The notes: generated by a model not told the origin, from the sequence alone. A stretch of 64,000 nt of DNA from Nitrospira sp. (GCA_005116885.1 SWDP01000024.1:4304-68303); one strand, 5' to 3'; shown: positions 51,426 to 60,994, numbered from the stretch's first letter. A program made the numbers and translations.

Positions 51426-54122
51426 TTATACCTTTTCGATGGTCACGCGGGTTTGTTTGAACGTGGGCACGCCGGTCGTCGGATCGACATGGACCGACAT
51501 CAAATCCTTCACCGGCGGCTCATTGAAATGTTCCGGGAAGAAGCAGGTCTGTGGGGCGATGGAGTGATCGGATTGCACCGCTAATTGCATCGAGCCTCGG
51601 TCCGACGTGAGGCGCACGGTTGTTCCTTCACTCACGGCGAGGCGTTCCATATCTTGGGGATTCATCCTGAGCCGACCGGTATTGGGGGCGATCGTGATCA
51701 GTCCGATGGCTTCGGTTGACAGCTTGCCCGAATGATACAAGACTTGCCCCATCAATAACGCGAAGGGTCGATCGTTCTTGGCGTCTGACGGAGCAGCCGC
51801 TCGATAGCGAACCGCCACATCGGAGGCGTACCCGTTAGAGAGATAGCGGTCTATCGCCGGCACAACCTTGCGTGGCTGTCCGAGGTTGTAGTATCCGGGC
51901 AGCAGCTTCATGATCTCGGCTTGAACATCGTTCGAGGATTCGTACTCCCATTGACATCCCAGCGCATTGGCGAGCGCCGTCATAATATGCCAGTCCGGCA
52001 AACTTTCGCCGATCGGATCGATGGCCTCGCGGACACGCAGCACTCGACCTTCCAGATTGGTAAAGGTGCCGTCCTTTTCCGAAGAGGTGCAAGCCGGCAG
52101 CACCGCATGCGCCATCCGTGCCGTCTCGGTCAGAAACGGATCCTGGACCACGAGTAACTCCAGCCGATCCAGCGCGGCGCGGACTTCCATCGAAGCAGGC
52201 AATGTCGCGAGTGGATTTTCCCCGATCACATAGAGGGCGCGGATCTGGCCAGTCTTACAGCCTTTGAGGATCTCAACAAGATTCGCTCCGGAGCCAGCCG
52301 CCGGCAGCGTGGCGTCCCAGGCCTTGGCGAAGCGATCGCGAGCCGTCTGATCGTTGAACGAGACCTGGCCAGGGAGAAATTCCGGCGCGGCGCCCATATC
52401 CACGGCGCCTTGTTCGTTCGGTTCTTCTGTCACTGTATTCACCCCGCAACCTGGTTGATCCCATTTGCCGGTGATCCAGGCGAGGTCGATCAGTTTCAAG
52501 ACATTTTGATACCCATCGGGTCGACGGACGATGCCTTCAGCGCAGAGAATGATGGAACGGGACGCTTCGGCGAAGATGGTCACAGCATCTTTTAGCGATT
52601 CGACCGACATGCCGGTCTGGGCCGCCACCTGTTCCAAGGAGACGTGGGCCACGGCGGCCTTCAGAGCTTCAAAAGCGTGCGGATGTTTCTTGACGCTGGT
52701 TTCGTCGATCAGGTCTAACTCTAGGGCGGCCTTCACAAGTCCGTCGATCACGAGCCCTTCCGTTCCCGGTGCGATCAGGACCGGGTGGGATGCGAGCTTG
52801 GCCATGTTCGTGACAGCGGAGTCGATCACCACCACTTGTGCTTTATAGACACGAATCGCTTCTTTGATGCGCACGGCCGTAAGTGGGTTTGTCTCCGTGA
52901 GGTTGGAGCCGATGAGTATCACGGCTTTGGCTTTTGTCAGGTCTTCCCAGTCGTTCGGACTTCGCCCAATCCCCAAGGCGTGTTGAGAGGCATGGACGAA
53001 GTTGAGATGGCCGTAGCGTGCGCTGCTGTCGAGATGATTGGTCTGGAACCCTGCACGCATGAGCTTTTGGAAAAGATACAACTCTTCGTTGGTGCAGCGC
53101 GCGGTGATCAAACCGGCTATGGCATCGGGTCCGTGCTTACGTCGGATTTCGGAGAACCGATCCACCACCTGGTGCATGGTTTCGAGCCAGGGAGTTTCGA
53201 CCAGTTGATTGCCTTTGCGAAGGAGCGGCTGCTTCAGGCGTGCGGCGCTATCGATGTACTCGAACCCAAACCGTCCTCGCACACAGATCCCGCCGTGCCC
53301 CTTGGCAGTCTCGGCCCGGTCGCCCCATTTGTTCTTCCAAGAAAGAGGCGAGGTCACGCGGACGACTTCCGCGTCTTTGGTCTCAAGGTACATCTGGCAA
53401 CCGTCGCCGCAGTAGTTGCACGTCGTCGTGGTTTTCTTCATCTGCCACGGCTTATATAAGTATTTGGAGAATTTGTTCGTAATGGCGCCGACTGGGCAGA
53501 CCGCAAGGCAGTCTCCGCAGAACTCGCAGGACAGTGCGAGGTCTCCTTTCGGCACGACTTGATTAAATCCGCCCTTCTTCATGAACTGAAGGGCATCGAT
53601 CATCAGCACGTCCTTGCAGACATTGATGCATTCCGCGCAAGCAATACAGCGGTTCATATTAAAGTCGAGTACCGGGCTGCGCGTATCTTCCGGAATAAAT
53701 TTCTGTTTCGCATTCGCCAGGTTCGTGACCCCGTGCCGGAAGGCCATGTCTTGGAGTTCGCAATGGCCATCGGCGTCGCAAACCGGGCAGTCGAGCGGAT
53801 GGACGGAGAGGTGCTTTTCCACTGCTTTCTTCCTGGCCAGGAAGAGATCGTCCCCGTCGGTCTTGATGATCATGCCGGCTGCCGCTTTAGCGGTACAGGA
53901 GCGGACAGGCGCTTTCTTGCCTTCCTGCATGACTAAACACATCCCGCAGGAACCGAAGGGGTCGAAGGTATAGTGGTAGCACATGGCCGGGATGATCTTG
54001 CCGGTGCTCGAGATCACATCGTAGAGCGAGACTCCGCTCTTTGCCGTTACGGACTTCCCATCGATCGAGAGCTCGATCGTGACAGCTTCCACATCAGGAT
54101 TGGTTCCCGGCTTCAGTCCCAT
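51426..54122 (-). CDS. nuoG: NADH-quinone oxidoreductase subunit G (2Fe-2S, 4Fe-4S and molybdopterin-like domain)
   Basis: 898-aa ORF with an N-terminal 2Fe-2S region (CYHYTFDPFGSCGMCLV), the His-ligated cluster HPLDCPVCDADGHCELQ, CIACAECINVC / CEFCGDCLAVCP, and then a molybdopterin-oxidoreductase-like domain. Confidence 0.92.
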   Translation of the reverse strand: MGLKPGTNPDVEAVTIELSIDGKSVTAKSGVSLYDVISSTGKIIPAMCYHYTFDPFGSCGMCLVMQEGKKAPVRSCTAKAAAGMIIKTDGDDLFLARKKAVEKHLSVHPLDCPVCDADGHCELQDMAFRHGVTNLANAKQKFIPEDTRSPVLDFNMNRCIACAECINVCKDVLMIDALQFMKKGGFNQVVPKGDLALSCEFCGDCLAVCPVGAITNKFSKYLYKPWQMKKTTTTCNYCGDGCQMYLETKDAEVVRVTSPLSWKNKWGDRAETAKGHGGICVRGRFGFEYIDSAARLKQPLLRKGNQLVETPWLETMHQVVDRFSEIRRKHGPDAIAGLITARCTNEELYLFQKLMRAGFQTNHLDSSARYGHLNFVHASQHALGIGRSPNDWEDLTKAKAVILIGSNLTETNPLTAVRIKEAIRVYKAQVVVIDSAVTNMAKLASHPVLIAPGTEGLVIDGLVKAALELDLIDETSVKKHPHAFEALKAAVAHVSLEQVAAQTGMSVESLKDAVTIFAEASRSIILCAEGIVRRPDGYQNVLKLIDLAWITGKWDQPGCGVNTVTEEPNEQGAVDMGAAPEFLPGQVSFNDQTARDRFAKAWDATLPAAGSGANLVEILKGCKTGQIRALYVIGENPLATLPASMEVRAALDRLELLVVQDPFLTETARMAHAVLPACTSSEKDGTFTNLEGRVLRVREAIDPIGESLPDWHIMTALANALGCQWEYESSNDVQAEIMKLLPGYYNLGQPRKVVPAIDRYLSNGYASDVAVRYRAAAPSDAKNDRPFALLMGQVLYHSGKLSTEAIGLITIAPNTGRLRMNPQDMERLAVSEGTTVRLTSDRGSMQLAVQSDHSIAPQTCFFPEHFNEPPVKDLMSVHVDPTTGVPTFKQTRVTIEKV

Positions 54123-54133
54123 GTTTCTTCCTT

Positions 54134-54191
54134 GTAAAACGTAAAACGAAATTGCGCACTACCTTTTACTTTTCACATCTCACGTTTCACG
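54134..54191. repeat. heptamer repeat/hairpin in the nuoD-nuoG spacer (H3)
   Basis: GTAAAACGTAAAACG ... CCTTTTACTTTTCACATCTCACGTTTCACG. On the coding strand this reads as the tandem heptamers GTGAAAC GTGAGAT GTGAAAA GTAAAAG. Confidence 0.6.
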
Positions 54192-54192
54192 T

Positions 54193-55437
54193 CTACCGAT
54201 CGCACTCCCCCATCACAATGTCGTAGGTTCCGAAGATCGTGACCGCATCGGAAATCATGTAGCCTCTGGACATATGGTCGAATGCGCCCATGTGAATAAA
54301 CGAGGGGGCGCGAATTTTCAAGCGGTAGGGTTTTCCGCCGCCCGTGCTGACGATGTAAAACCCCAGCTCCCCCTTGTGCGCTTCGGTCCCGCAATAGATT
54401 TCTCCGGGAGGGGCGTCGAAGCCCTGCGAGAAAAGCTTGAATTGCTGAATCATGGATTCCAGGTTCGTAAAGACCCGTTGCTTCGGCGGCAACGTGACGC
54501 TGGGCACATCGGCCATAATGGGGCCGTCCTGCATCTGCTCCAGGCATTGTCGGATGATTTTTACGCTCTCGTAGAGCTCTAGAACGCGGATCCAGTACCG
54601 ATCGTAGGTGTCGCCGTTCTTGCCGAGCGGCACACTGAATTCGCATTTTGGATAGGCTGAATAGGGCTGGGCTTTACGGAGGTCATAGTCGACGCCTGAC
54701 CCGCGGAGTGTCGGCCCGCTCAGTCCGAAACTCACGGCGTCTTCCGCCGAGATGATGGCCACCCCCTTGGTCCGCCCGACCCAAATTCTGTTTGTCTCCA
54801 GGAATACCTGGTACTCGTCGATTTTTGGAGGAAAGTAGTCCAGGAACTGCTTCAACTTATCAAGCAACGAGGGCGTCAAGTCACGCTCGACACCACCAAT
54901 GCGATACCAGCTGGTGGTGAGGCGCGCGCCGCAGAGTTCATCGAACCAGTCCATCAAAATTTCACGATCACGGAAACAATAGAAAAAGACGGTCATCGCG
55001 CCGATGTCGAGCGCCTGGGTGCCGAGCCAAAACTGATGGCCGACGATCCGTTGAACCTCTGCCACAATCGTGCGCAGGTACTCTGCACGGTCCGGCACGG
55101 TAATATTCATGAGTTTTTCGACTGCGCGACAGTAGGCGAAATTGTTATACATCGCGCAGACGTAGTCGAGCCGGTCGGTATGGGGGATAAATTGGTGATA
55201 GGTGCCGTCTTCCGCAAGTTTCTCCACGCCGCGGTGCAGATAACCCAGGACCGGGGTAGACTTGACGAGGCGCTCTCCTTCCAATTCGAGGATCACTTTC
55301 AGCACTCCGTGGGTAGCAGGATGCTGGGGGCCCATATTGAGCAGGAGTTCCTCCGTGCGCAGAGTCGGAAGGGTCTCGCTCTCCGGATGGGCCGGGTCGA
55401 TCTTATAGACGGTCGTTCGTTGATCTTCGAAGGCCAT
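54193..55437 (-). CDS. nuoD: NADH-quinone oxidoreductase subunit D
   Basis: 414-aa ORF with the typical 49-kDa subunit sequence (LNMGPQHPATHGVL..., the C-terminus ends IVMGECDR). Confidence 0.95.
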   Translation of the reverse strand: MAFEDQRTTVYKIDPAHPESETLPTLRTEELLLNMGPQHPATHGVLKVILELEGERLVKSTPVLGYLHRGVEKLAEDGTYHQFIPHTDRLDYVCAMYNNFAYCRAVEKLMNITVPDRAEYLRTIVAEVQRIVGHQFWLGTQALDIGAMTVFFYCFRDREILMDWFDELCGARLTTSWYRIGGVERDLTPSLLDKLKQFLDYFPPKIDEYQVFLETNRIWVGRTKGVAIISAEDAVSFGLSGPTLRGSGVDYDLRKAQPYSAYPKCEFSVPLGKNGDTYDRYWIRVLELYESVKIIRQCLEQMQDGPIMADVPSVTLPPKQRVFTNLESMIQQFKLFSQGFDAPPGEIYCGTEAHKGELGFYIVSTGGGKPYRLKIRAPSFIHMGAFDHMSRGYMISDAVTIFGTYDIVMGECDR

Positions 55438-55445
55438 GGTCTGTC

Positions 55446-55949
55446 CTACCGAGCCGTTTCGTCCAGGAACTCGAATGTGTCACGCCAGCCCTTGCCACGA
55501 AGCGGAAAATCTTTTCGCAAGGGATAGCCTTCGGTATAGTCGTCAGGCAAGAGAATCCGGCGGAGATCCGGATGGTTCCGGAAGCGGATTCCCATCATGT
55601 CGTAGACTTCGCGCTCCATGAAGTCCGCGCCTTTCCAGAGGTCCGTCAGAGAATCCACCACGCAGTCCGACTCCGGCACCCTCGTCTTGAGCCTGATTTG
55701 ATGGCGCTTCCTGATCGAATAAAATTCATACACGACTTCAAATCGTTCTTCGTCGTCGGGCCAGTCGACCGAACTCACATGCACGATATAGTCGAAGTCC
55801 ATGGCCGGGTCGTTGCGAAGGAATTGTGCGACCTCATGGAGCCGACCTCGCATCACGGTGACCGAAAGCTCCCCACGCCACTCAACAGTTCTGACGAGGG
55901 CTGCGGAAAAATCATTTTGGAGTCGGCTGGCTAGTTCCTGCAACACCAT
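55446..55949 (-). CDS. nuoC: NADH-quinone oxidoreductase subunit C
   Basis: 30-kDa subunit motifs are present (ANWFERE-like GADFMEREVYDMMGIRF..HPDLRRIL). The start is taken at MVLQELASRL (55949); the ORF track start at 56009 overlaps nuoB. Confidence 0.9.
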   Translation of the reverse strand: MVLQELASRLQNDFSAALVRTVEWRGELSVTVMRGRLHEVAQFLRNDPAMDFDYIVHVSSVDWPDDEERFEVVYEFYSIRKRHQIRLKTRVPESDCVVDSLTDLWKGADFMEREVYDMMGIRFRNHPDLRRILLPDDYTEGYPLRKDFPLRGKGWRDTFEFLDETAR

Positions 55950-55959
55950 CGATCGTGAC

Positions 55960-56508
55960 CTATATTTTAAAACTGGACTTGACTTGATCCGGTTGTTTGA
56001 GGAACACACGTTTCAGCATGATTCGTTCTTGTAACTTGAGGATGCCGTCGAAGAGCGCTTCCGGTGTTGGAGGGCAACCTGGCACATAGATATCGACCGG
56101 CACAAAGCGATCGACACCTTGGACGACGCTATAGCTATCGTAGATATTTCCTGATGTTGCGCACGATCCCATCGCAATGACATATTTCGGTTCGGGCATC
56201 TGATCGTAGAGCTTTCGGATGACAGGAGCCATTCGTCGGCAGACGGTTCCGGCCACAATCATGAGGTCGGACTGGCGTGGTGAGGCCCGGAAGACCCCCG
56301 CGCCGTAACGGTCCATATCGTACCGTGACGAGACGGCGGCAATCATTTCGATTGCGCAGCAGGCCAGGCCAAACGTCATGGGCCACAGCGATCCCTTGCG
56401 AGCCCAGTTGACGGCTTTTTCCACCGTCGTGGTGACGATGTCGGATGTGCCATCCTTGTCATGACGACCAAGTTGAATCAGTCCCATTCCAGGGCTCCCT
56501 TCCGCCAC
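55960..56508 (-). CDS. nuoB: NADH-quinone oxidoreductase subunit B
   Basis: N2-cluster cysteines are present (GLACCAIEM ... GSCATSG ... PGCPP). Confidence 0.95.
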   Translation of the reverse strand: MAEGSPGMGLIQLGRHDKDGTSDIVTTTVEKAVNWARKGSLWPMTFGLACCAIEMIAAVSSRYDMDRYGAGVFRASPRQSDLMIVAGTVCRRMAPVIRKLYDQMPEPKYVIAMGSCATSGNIYDSYSVVQGVDRFVPVDIYVPGCPPTPEALFDGILKLQERIMLKRVFLKQPDQVKSSFKI

Positions 56509-56861
56509 GCATAGACATAGGCCACCAAAAACAATCCGATGAACACCAGCATTTCAATCAACCCGATCAACGCAATCTTGGTGAAGACCACTGCCCAGGG
56601 ATAGAGAAAGATGACCTCGATGTCAAAGATCACGAACAGCATCGCAAAAATATAATACCGAACTGGAAAGGGCATCCGAGCATCAGAAAACGGTTCCGCT
56701 CCACACTCATAGGTTGTGAGTTTCTCCGATTCCGGATATTTCGGATGAACGAGATAACTGATAATCAACGACCACAGGCCGAACGTCAGCGCGATGATGA
56801 CAAAAAACAGAATCGGAAAGTATTTGGTCAGATACTCGAGAAGTAACTCGGAACCACTCAT
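56478..56861 (-). CDS. nuoA: NADH-quinone oxidoreductase subunit A
   Basis: 127-aa protein with 3 TM segments and the ECG motif (YECGAEPF). It is the first gene of the operon. Confidence 0.92.
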   Translation of the reverse strand: MSGSELLLEYLTKYFPILFFVIIALTFGLWSLIISYLVHPKYPESEKLTTYECGAEPFSDARMPFPVRYYIFAMLFVIFDIEVIFLYPWAVVFTKIALIGLIEMLVFIGLFLVAYVYAWRKGALEWD

Positions 56862-57483
56862 GGGGCTGACCTTTCAACGCCTTGATATGTAAGGAAGGCT
56901 GGATTTTAGACGTTGGGTTACAGGGATAGCAAGCGTCCAAAAGACCTGTAGTATCGACCCGAAAGTCCTAGGGCCTTTCCGACAGCACCTTGGTGACGAT
57001 GTGTAGACAGTGTTTTCGAAATATAAGGCTCTCGGCTGAAGTAGGCCAGTGGCAGAATAGCAGGATCCACCGTGGACTTCTTGATACTCACTTCACGCTC
57101 CATCCATCAGGGGTGAATGTCGGTGCTGTAGCTCCTGGATTACCATGGGCGTGGCAAAATGCGCCAGATACCCGGGCTTGTGGGCTCTACTCTGGCGGCC
57201 TGTCCAACGCTATGTCCGTGCCAATCAGTCAACGAGGCCTCGACGGCAAGCGCTATTGCCCATATTGTTGCCAGAAAGCGGGCGTCAGAAGCGGAAGGTA
57301 TCTGCTTGGGTAGACTGATTTTGACCAGATCGGTCCAGGCATGCTTGGATGGCCAAAGGGCGAGGAATTTGCTTACAGCAGCGGAGATGGATTCGGGTCG
57401 TCGTAATGACTGGATCATGTGGGTGTAAAAAGAGGGCTTGACCAATCTGGAGTAAGTTTGCGACAAGAAAGACGCAATGCTTG

Positions 57484-58656
57484 ATGAGTGATACGACGAT
57501 GGACCGAGATCTCAATCAGCGAATGGCCGCCTTAGCGCACTCGGAGATTCGAGCAATGACCCATGCCTGTGTTCAGGCGAAGGGTCTCAACATGGCGCAA
57601 GGGGTCTGCGACACGCCGGTTCCACCGGTGGTGCTACGATCCGCCACGCTGGCAATAGATGGCGGGAAGAATACCTATTCGCGATTCGATGGATTGCCCG
57701 AACTGCGGCTGGCGATTGCCAAGAAGCTCCTACAGTACAATGGCATCGCGGCTGATCCTGAAACGGATATAACGGTCAGCGCGGGGGCCACCGGGGCTTT
57801 TCATTGCGCTTGTCTGGCGCTGCTCAGCCCCGGCGACGAGGTGATCCTTTTCGAGCCCTACTATCAGTATCACATCAGTGCCCTATTGGCGGTCGAGGCG
57901 GTCCCGGTGACGGTGAAGATGCGGGCTCCCGACTGGACCTTTTCCTTGGACGAGGTCGAGCGGGCGATCACGTCCCGAACCAAGGCGATCATTGTGAATT
58001 CGCCCGGTAATCCCTCGGGGAAAGTGTTTAGCCGGCAAGAACTGGAGAGTATTGCCGTGATAGCAGAACGACACGATCTGTTCGTGTTCACCGACGAAAT
58101 CTATGAGTACTTTCTGTATGACGGTCGCACACATGTGAGCATGGCAACCTTGCCGGGCATGGCAGACCGTACGATTACCATTGGTGGGTATTCCAAAACA
58201 TTTAGTATCACCGGCTGGCGCATCGGCTACAGTGTTGCATCGGCACGGGGGGCACAGGCGATTGGCGCCATGAACGACTTGCTCTATGTCTGTGCCCCGA
58301 CGCCGTTACAGGCGGGAGTGGCGGTGGGCATCCAGGAACTTCCTGGTTCGTTCTATCACGAGCTCGCACGCGATTATCAGCTGAAGCGCGATCGGTTCTG
58401 CCAGGCCTTGGCCCATGCCGGTCTGACGCCTTCGATTCCACAGGGTGCGTACTATGTGCTGGCCGATGTGTCGCGCTTGCCCGGTATCACGGGGAAAGAG
58501 CGGGCGATGTTCCTCCTCGAGACAATCGGCTTGGCCGGCGTACCTGGAGAAGCCTTCTTTGCGGGGACAGACGGGAGGCGGTTCATTCGATTCAGCTATG
58601 CGAAAATTGACTCCGATATTGATGACGCATGCCGACGGCTTGCGAGGCTTGGGTAA
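57484..58656 (+). CDS. class I/II PLP-dependent aminotransferase (YbdL / kynurenine-type)
   Basis: It has the PLP-lysine context GYSKTFSITGWRIGY and NSPGNPSGKVF. The ATG is at 57484; the ORF track begins at a TTG at 57481. Confidence 0.88.
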   Translation: MSDTTMDRDLNQRMAALAHSEIRAMTHACVQAKGLNMAQGVCDTPVPPVVLRSATLAIDGGKNTYSRFDGLPELRLAIAKKLLQYNGIAADPETDITVSAGATGAFHCACLALLSPGDEVILFEPYYQYHISALLAVEAVPVTVKMRAPDWTFSLDEVERAITSRTKAIIVNSPGNPSGKVFSRQELESIAVIAERHDLFVFTDEIYEYFLYDGRTHVSMATLPGMADRTITIGGYSKTFSITGWRIGYSVASARGAQAIGAMNDLLYVCAPTPLQAGVAVGIQELPGSFYHELARDYQLKRDRFCQALAHAGLTPSIPQGAYYVLADVSRLPGITGKERAMFLLETIGLAGVPGEAFFAGTDGRRFIRFSYAKIDSDIDDACRRLARLG

Positions 58657-58704
58657 CAACTGAACTCAAACGTTGTGCAACATGCCTAATTCACTCAGCC
58701 ATCA

Positions 58705-59267
58705 TTAAACTCTGGTGACGGCTGACGGCTCCCATGCTACGACGATTACGGTCACATTATCTTCTCCCCATTTGTTGAGCGCCTCTTCGATGAGATCGTG
58801 GCAGGCTTTGTCGGGAGCGCCTTCCGCATGGGAGAGGATCGATGCGATGGCTGTATCCCCCAGCATTTGTCAGTCCATCACTGCAAAGCAAAATCATGTC
58901 GTGCGGAGCGATTAGGGTCGAGGTCAGCCCCGGTTCCATATCGGCGCCCCATCCCCAAGGCCTTGGTCAAGACGTGCCGCTCAGGATGCGTGAACGCCGT
59001 TGCTGCATCGATCAGACCCTGCTGCATCCATTTTTCGACAAGGGTGTGATCGCGTGTCAATTGCGTGAGCTGTCCTTCCCGAAAGAGGTACGCACGACTA
59101 TTTCCTAAGTGGGCGATATGGGCAATCGGCGTCGAAGTCGTGATCTCGCGCCGATCTCGATCGAAAAGCAGCGACTCTATGCCCAGCGCTTTCGCGGTCA
59201 ACGCCCCGCGCAATTTCGGCACATGCTGGAGCCGCGCCGCACGCTCGAAATGGTGCGTTTCCTGCAC
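58705..59267 (-). pseudogene. PP2C-family Ser/Thr phosphatase gene, N-terminally truncated with two frameshifts
   Basis: Three consecutive minus-strand frames carry collinear PP2C blocks. These are HLGNSRAYLFREGQLTQLTRDHTLVE...HPERHVLTKALG (58878-59267), then LIAPHDMILLCSDGLTN (58757-58939), then MLGDTAIASILSHAEGAPDKACHDLIEEALNKWGEDNVTVIVV (manual translation, ending at the TAA at 58705). The N-terminal metal-binding block is absent. Confidence 0.75.
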
Positions 59268-59290
59268 ATCGCCCTCCTCGACGCCACGAC

Positions 59291-60994
59291 TTAAGTGCCT
59301 TGCGAGACAATCGTTTTTGCCGTCACCAGCGAGGTCTGCGCGGGCAGTACATGCTCGCCGGTCTTGTCCGTGGACAGGCAGAGCGAGCAGATGTAGCTCT
59401 CGTGAACGGCGGCCTTGATCATGTCAGGGCGCTCGTAATCATGGTGGCAGACATGGCATTTCAGGTGCTCTCCGGACGGGTTGCCGTACTTGTCGTACAT
59501 CGGCAGGGCGATGCCGTCGTCGGTGCGGCGCAGGTAGTACTTGCCCTTCGTCGCAATCGCGATGATGGGCGGCAGCACCAGCGCGAGCCCAATCGCCACC
59601 AGCGGTGAATCCGGACGGATGGCCTCACCGAGCCCGCCGAAGAATGCGAGCACCGACACGCCAGCGGCGATCAGCATCGACCCGAAGCCCACGGGATTGA
59701 AGTCGTACAGCATCCCGCGACGGAACTCAGGCGTTTTCGGCGAAAGCTTCAGCAGGTACTTGTTGAAGACGATGTCCGAGGCCACCACCACGACCCAGGC
59801 CATGCCGCAGTTGGCGTAGAACCCAAGTATGGTGTTCAAGAAGTCGAACATGTTCGCTTCCATCAGGATCAGCGCGATCAGCAGGTTCACGCCGAGGAAT
59901 ACGATGCGGCCCGGATAGTGCTTGGTCACGCGGGTGAACAGGTTCGTCCACGCCAGCGAGCCCGAGTACGCATTGGTCACGTTGATCTTGATCTGGCTGA
60001 TCACCACGAGCACGACCGCCAGCGTCATCGCGAGCCAGCCTGGCAGAAAATTCTGGTAGATCTCCAGGAACTGGTGCACGGGCTGGTTGGCGATGCCAGC
60101 GCTGTCCGCGACGTTCGCGATCAGGTAGACCGCTAGGAACAGGCCCACGATCTGCTTGATGGCGCCGAAGATGACCCAGCCCGGGCCGGCGAGGAACATC
60201 CAGGTCCACCAGCTGCGCTTGTTCTCGGGGGTCATCGGCGGCATGAAGCGCAGGTAGTCGTTCTGCTCGGCAATCTGCGCAATCAGGGACAGGCAGACGC
60301 CCGCAGCCAGCAGCGTAGAGCCCAGATCGAAGCCCGCGACACTATTCTGGCCCTGGTAGGCGAAGAACTGGCCGACCGACTCCGGGTGGCTGACGACCAG
60401 ATAGACGAACGGCGCGACCATGAGGATGAGCCACAGGGGAGTCGTCCAGACCTGCAGCGTCGAAAGCACTTTCATGCCGTAGATCACCAGCGGGAAGATG
60501 ACGATCGTCGACGCTGCGTATCCCAGCCAATGCGGGATGCCGAGCCCGAGTTCGAGTCCTTGGGCCATGATGGAGCCCTCGAGAGCGAAGAAGATGAAGG
60601 TGAACGTCGCGTAGATGACGTTGGTGACCACCGAGCCGTAATAGCCGAAACCGCTTCCGCGGGAGACGAGGTCGAGGTCGATGTTGTACCGCGCCGAGTA
60701 GTAAGCGACCGGGAAGCCGGTCAGCATCACGACAACGGCGAAGATGAGGATGCCCCACAGCGCGTTGGTGGTGCCGTAGGAGATGCCGATGTTGGCGCCG
60801 ATCGCGAAGTCGGCGAGATAGGCGATGCCGCCCAATGCCGAGATGCCGACGACCCGCGTCGACCACGTGCGGTAGCTACGGGGTGCGAATCGCAGCGTGT
60901 AGTCCTCCAAGGTTTCCTTGCTGGCCGTCATGGTGTCGAGGTCTGCCTCGTCCACCCCTGGTTTTCTGCTGAGCTTTTGCGTCTTGGCTGTCAA
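59291..60994 (-). CDS. NCS1-family (purine-cytosine/allantoin-type) permease with a C-terminal four-Cys zinc-ribbon-like tail
   Basis: 567-aa polytopic protein with an NCS1-like N-terminal region (RSYRTWSTRVVGISALGGIAYLADFAIGANIGISYG). The cytoplasmic tail is CHVCHHDYERPDMIKAAVHESYICSLC. GC content is higher than in the flanks. Confidence 0.75.
   Translation of the reverse strand: MTAKTQKLSRKPGVDEADLDTMTASKETLEDYTLRFAPRSYRTWSTRVVGISALGGIAYLADFAIGANIGISYGTTNALWGILIFAVVVMLTGFPVAYYSARYNIDLDLVSRGSGFGYYGSVVTNVIYATFTFIFFALEGSIMAQGLELGLGIPHWLGYAASTIVIFPLVIYGMKVLSTLQVWTTPLWLILMVAPFVYLVVSHPESVGQFFAYQGQNSVAGFDLGSTLLAAGVCLSLIAQIAEQNDYLRFMPPMTPENKRSWWTWMFLAGPGWVIFGAIKQIVGLFLAVYLIANVADSAGIANQPVHQFLEIYQNFLPGWLAMTLAVVLVVISQIKINVTNAYSGSLAWTNLFTRVTKHYPGRIVFLGVNLLIALILMEANMFDFLNTILGFYANCGMAWVVVVASDIVFNKYLLKLSPKTPEFRRGMLYDFNPVGFGSMLIAAGVSVLAFFGGLGEAIRPDSPLVAIGLALVLPPIIAIATKGKYYLRRTDDGIALPMYDKYGNPSGEHLKCHVCHHDYERPDMIKAAVHESYICSLCLSTDKTGEHVLPAQTSLVTAKTIVSQGT

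Noticed and set aside
57140-57466. 108-aa minus-strand ORF upstream of nuoA
   Set aside because: It has no motif and no SD. It overlaps two plus-strand ORFs of similar length and leaves about 18 bp to the divergent aminotransferase start. I kept the region as an open question in the findings rather than as a feature.
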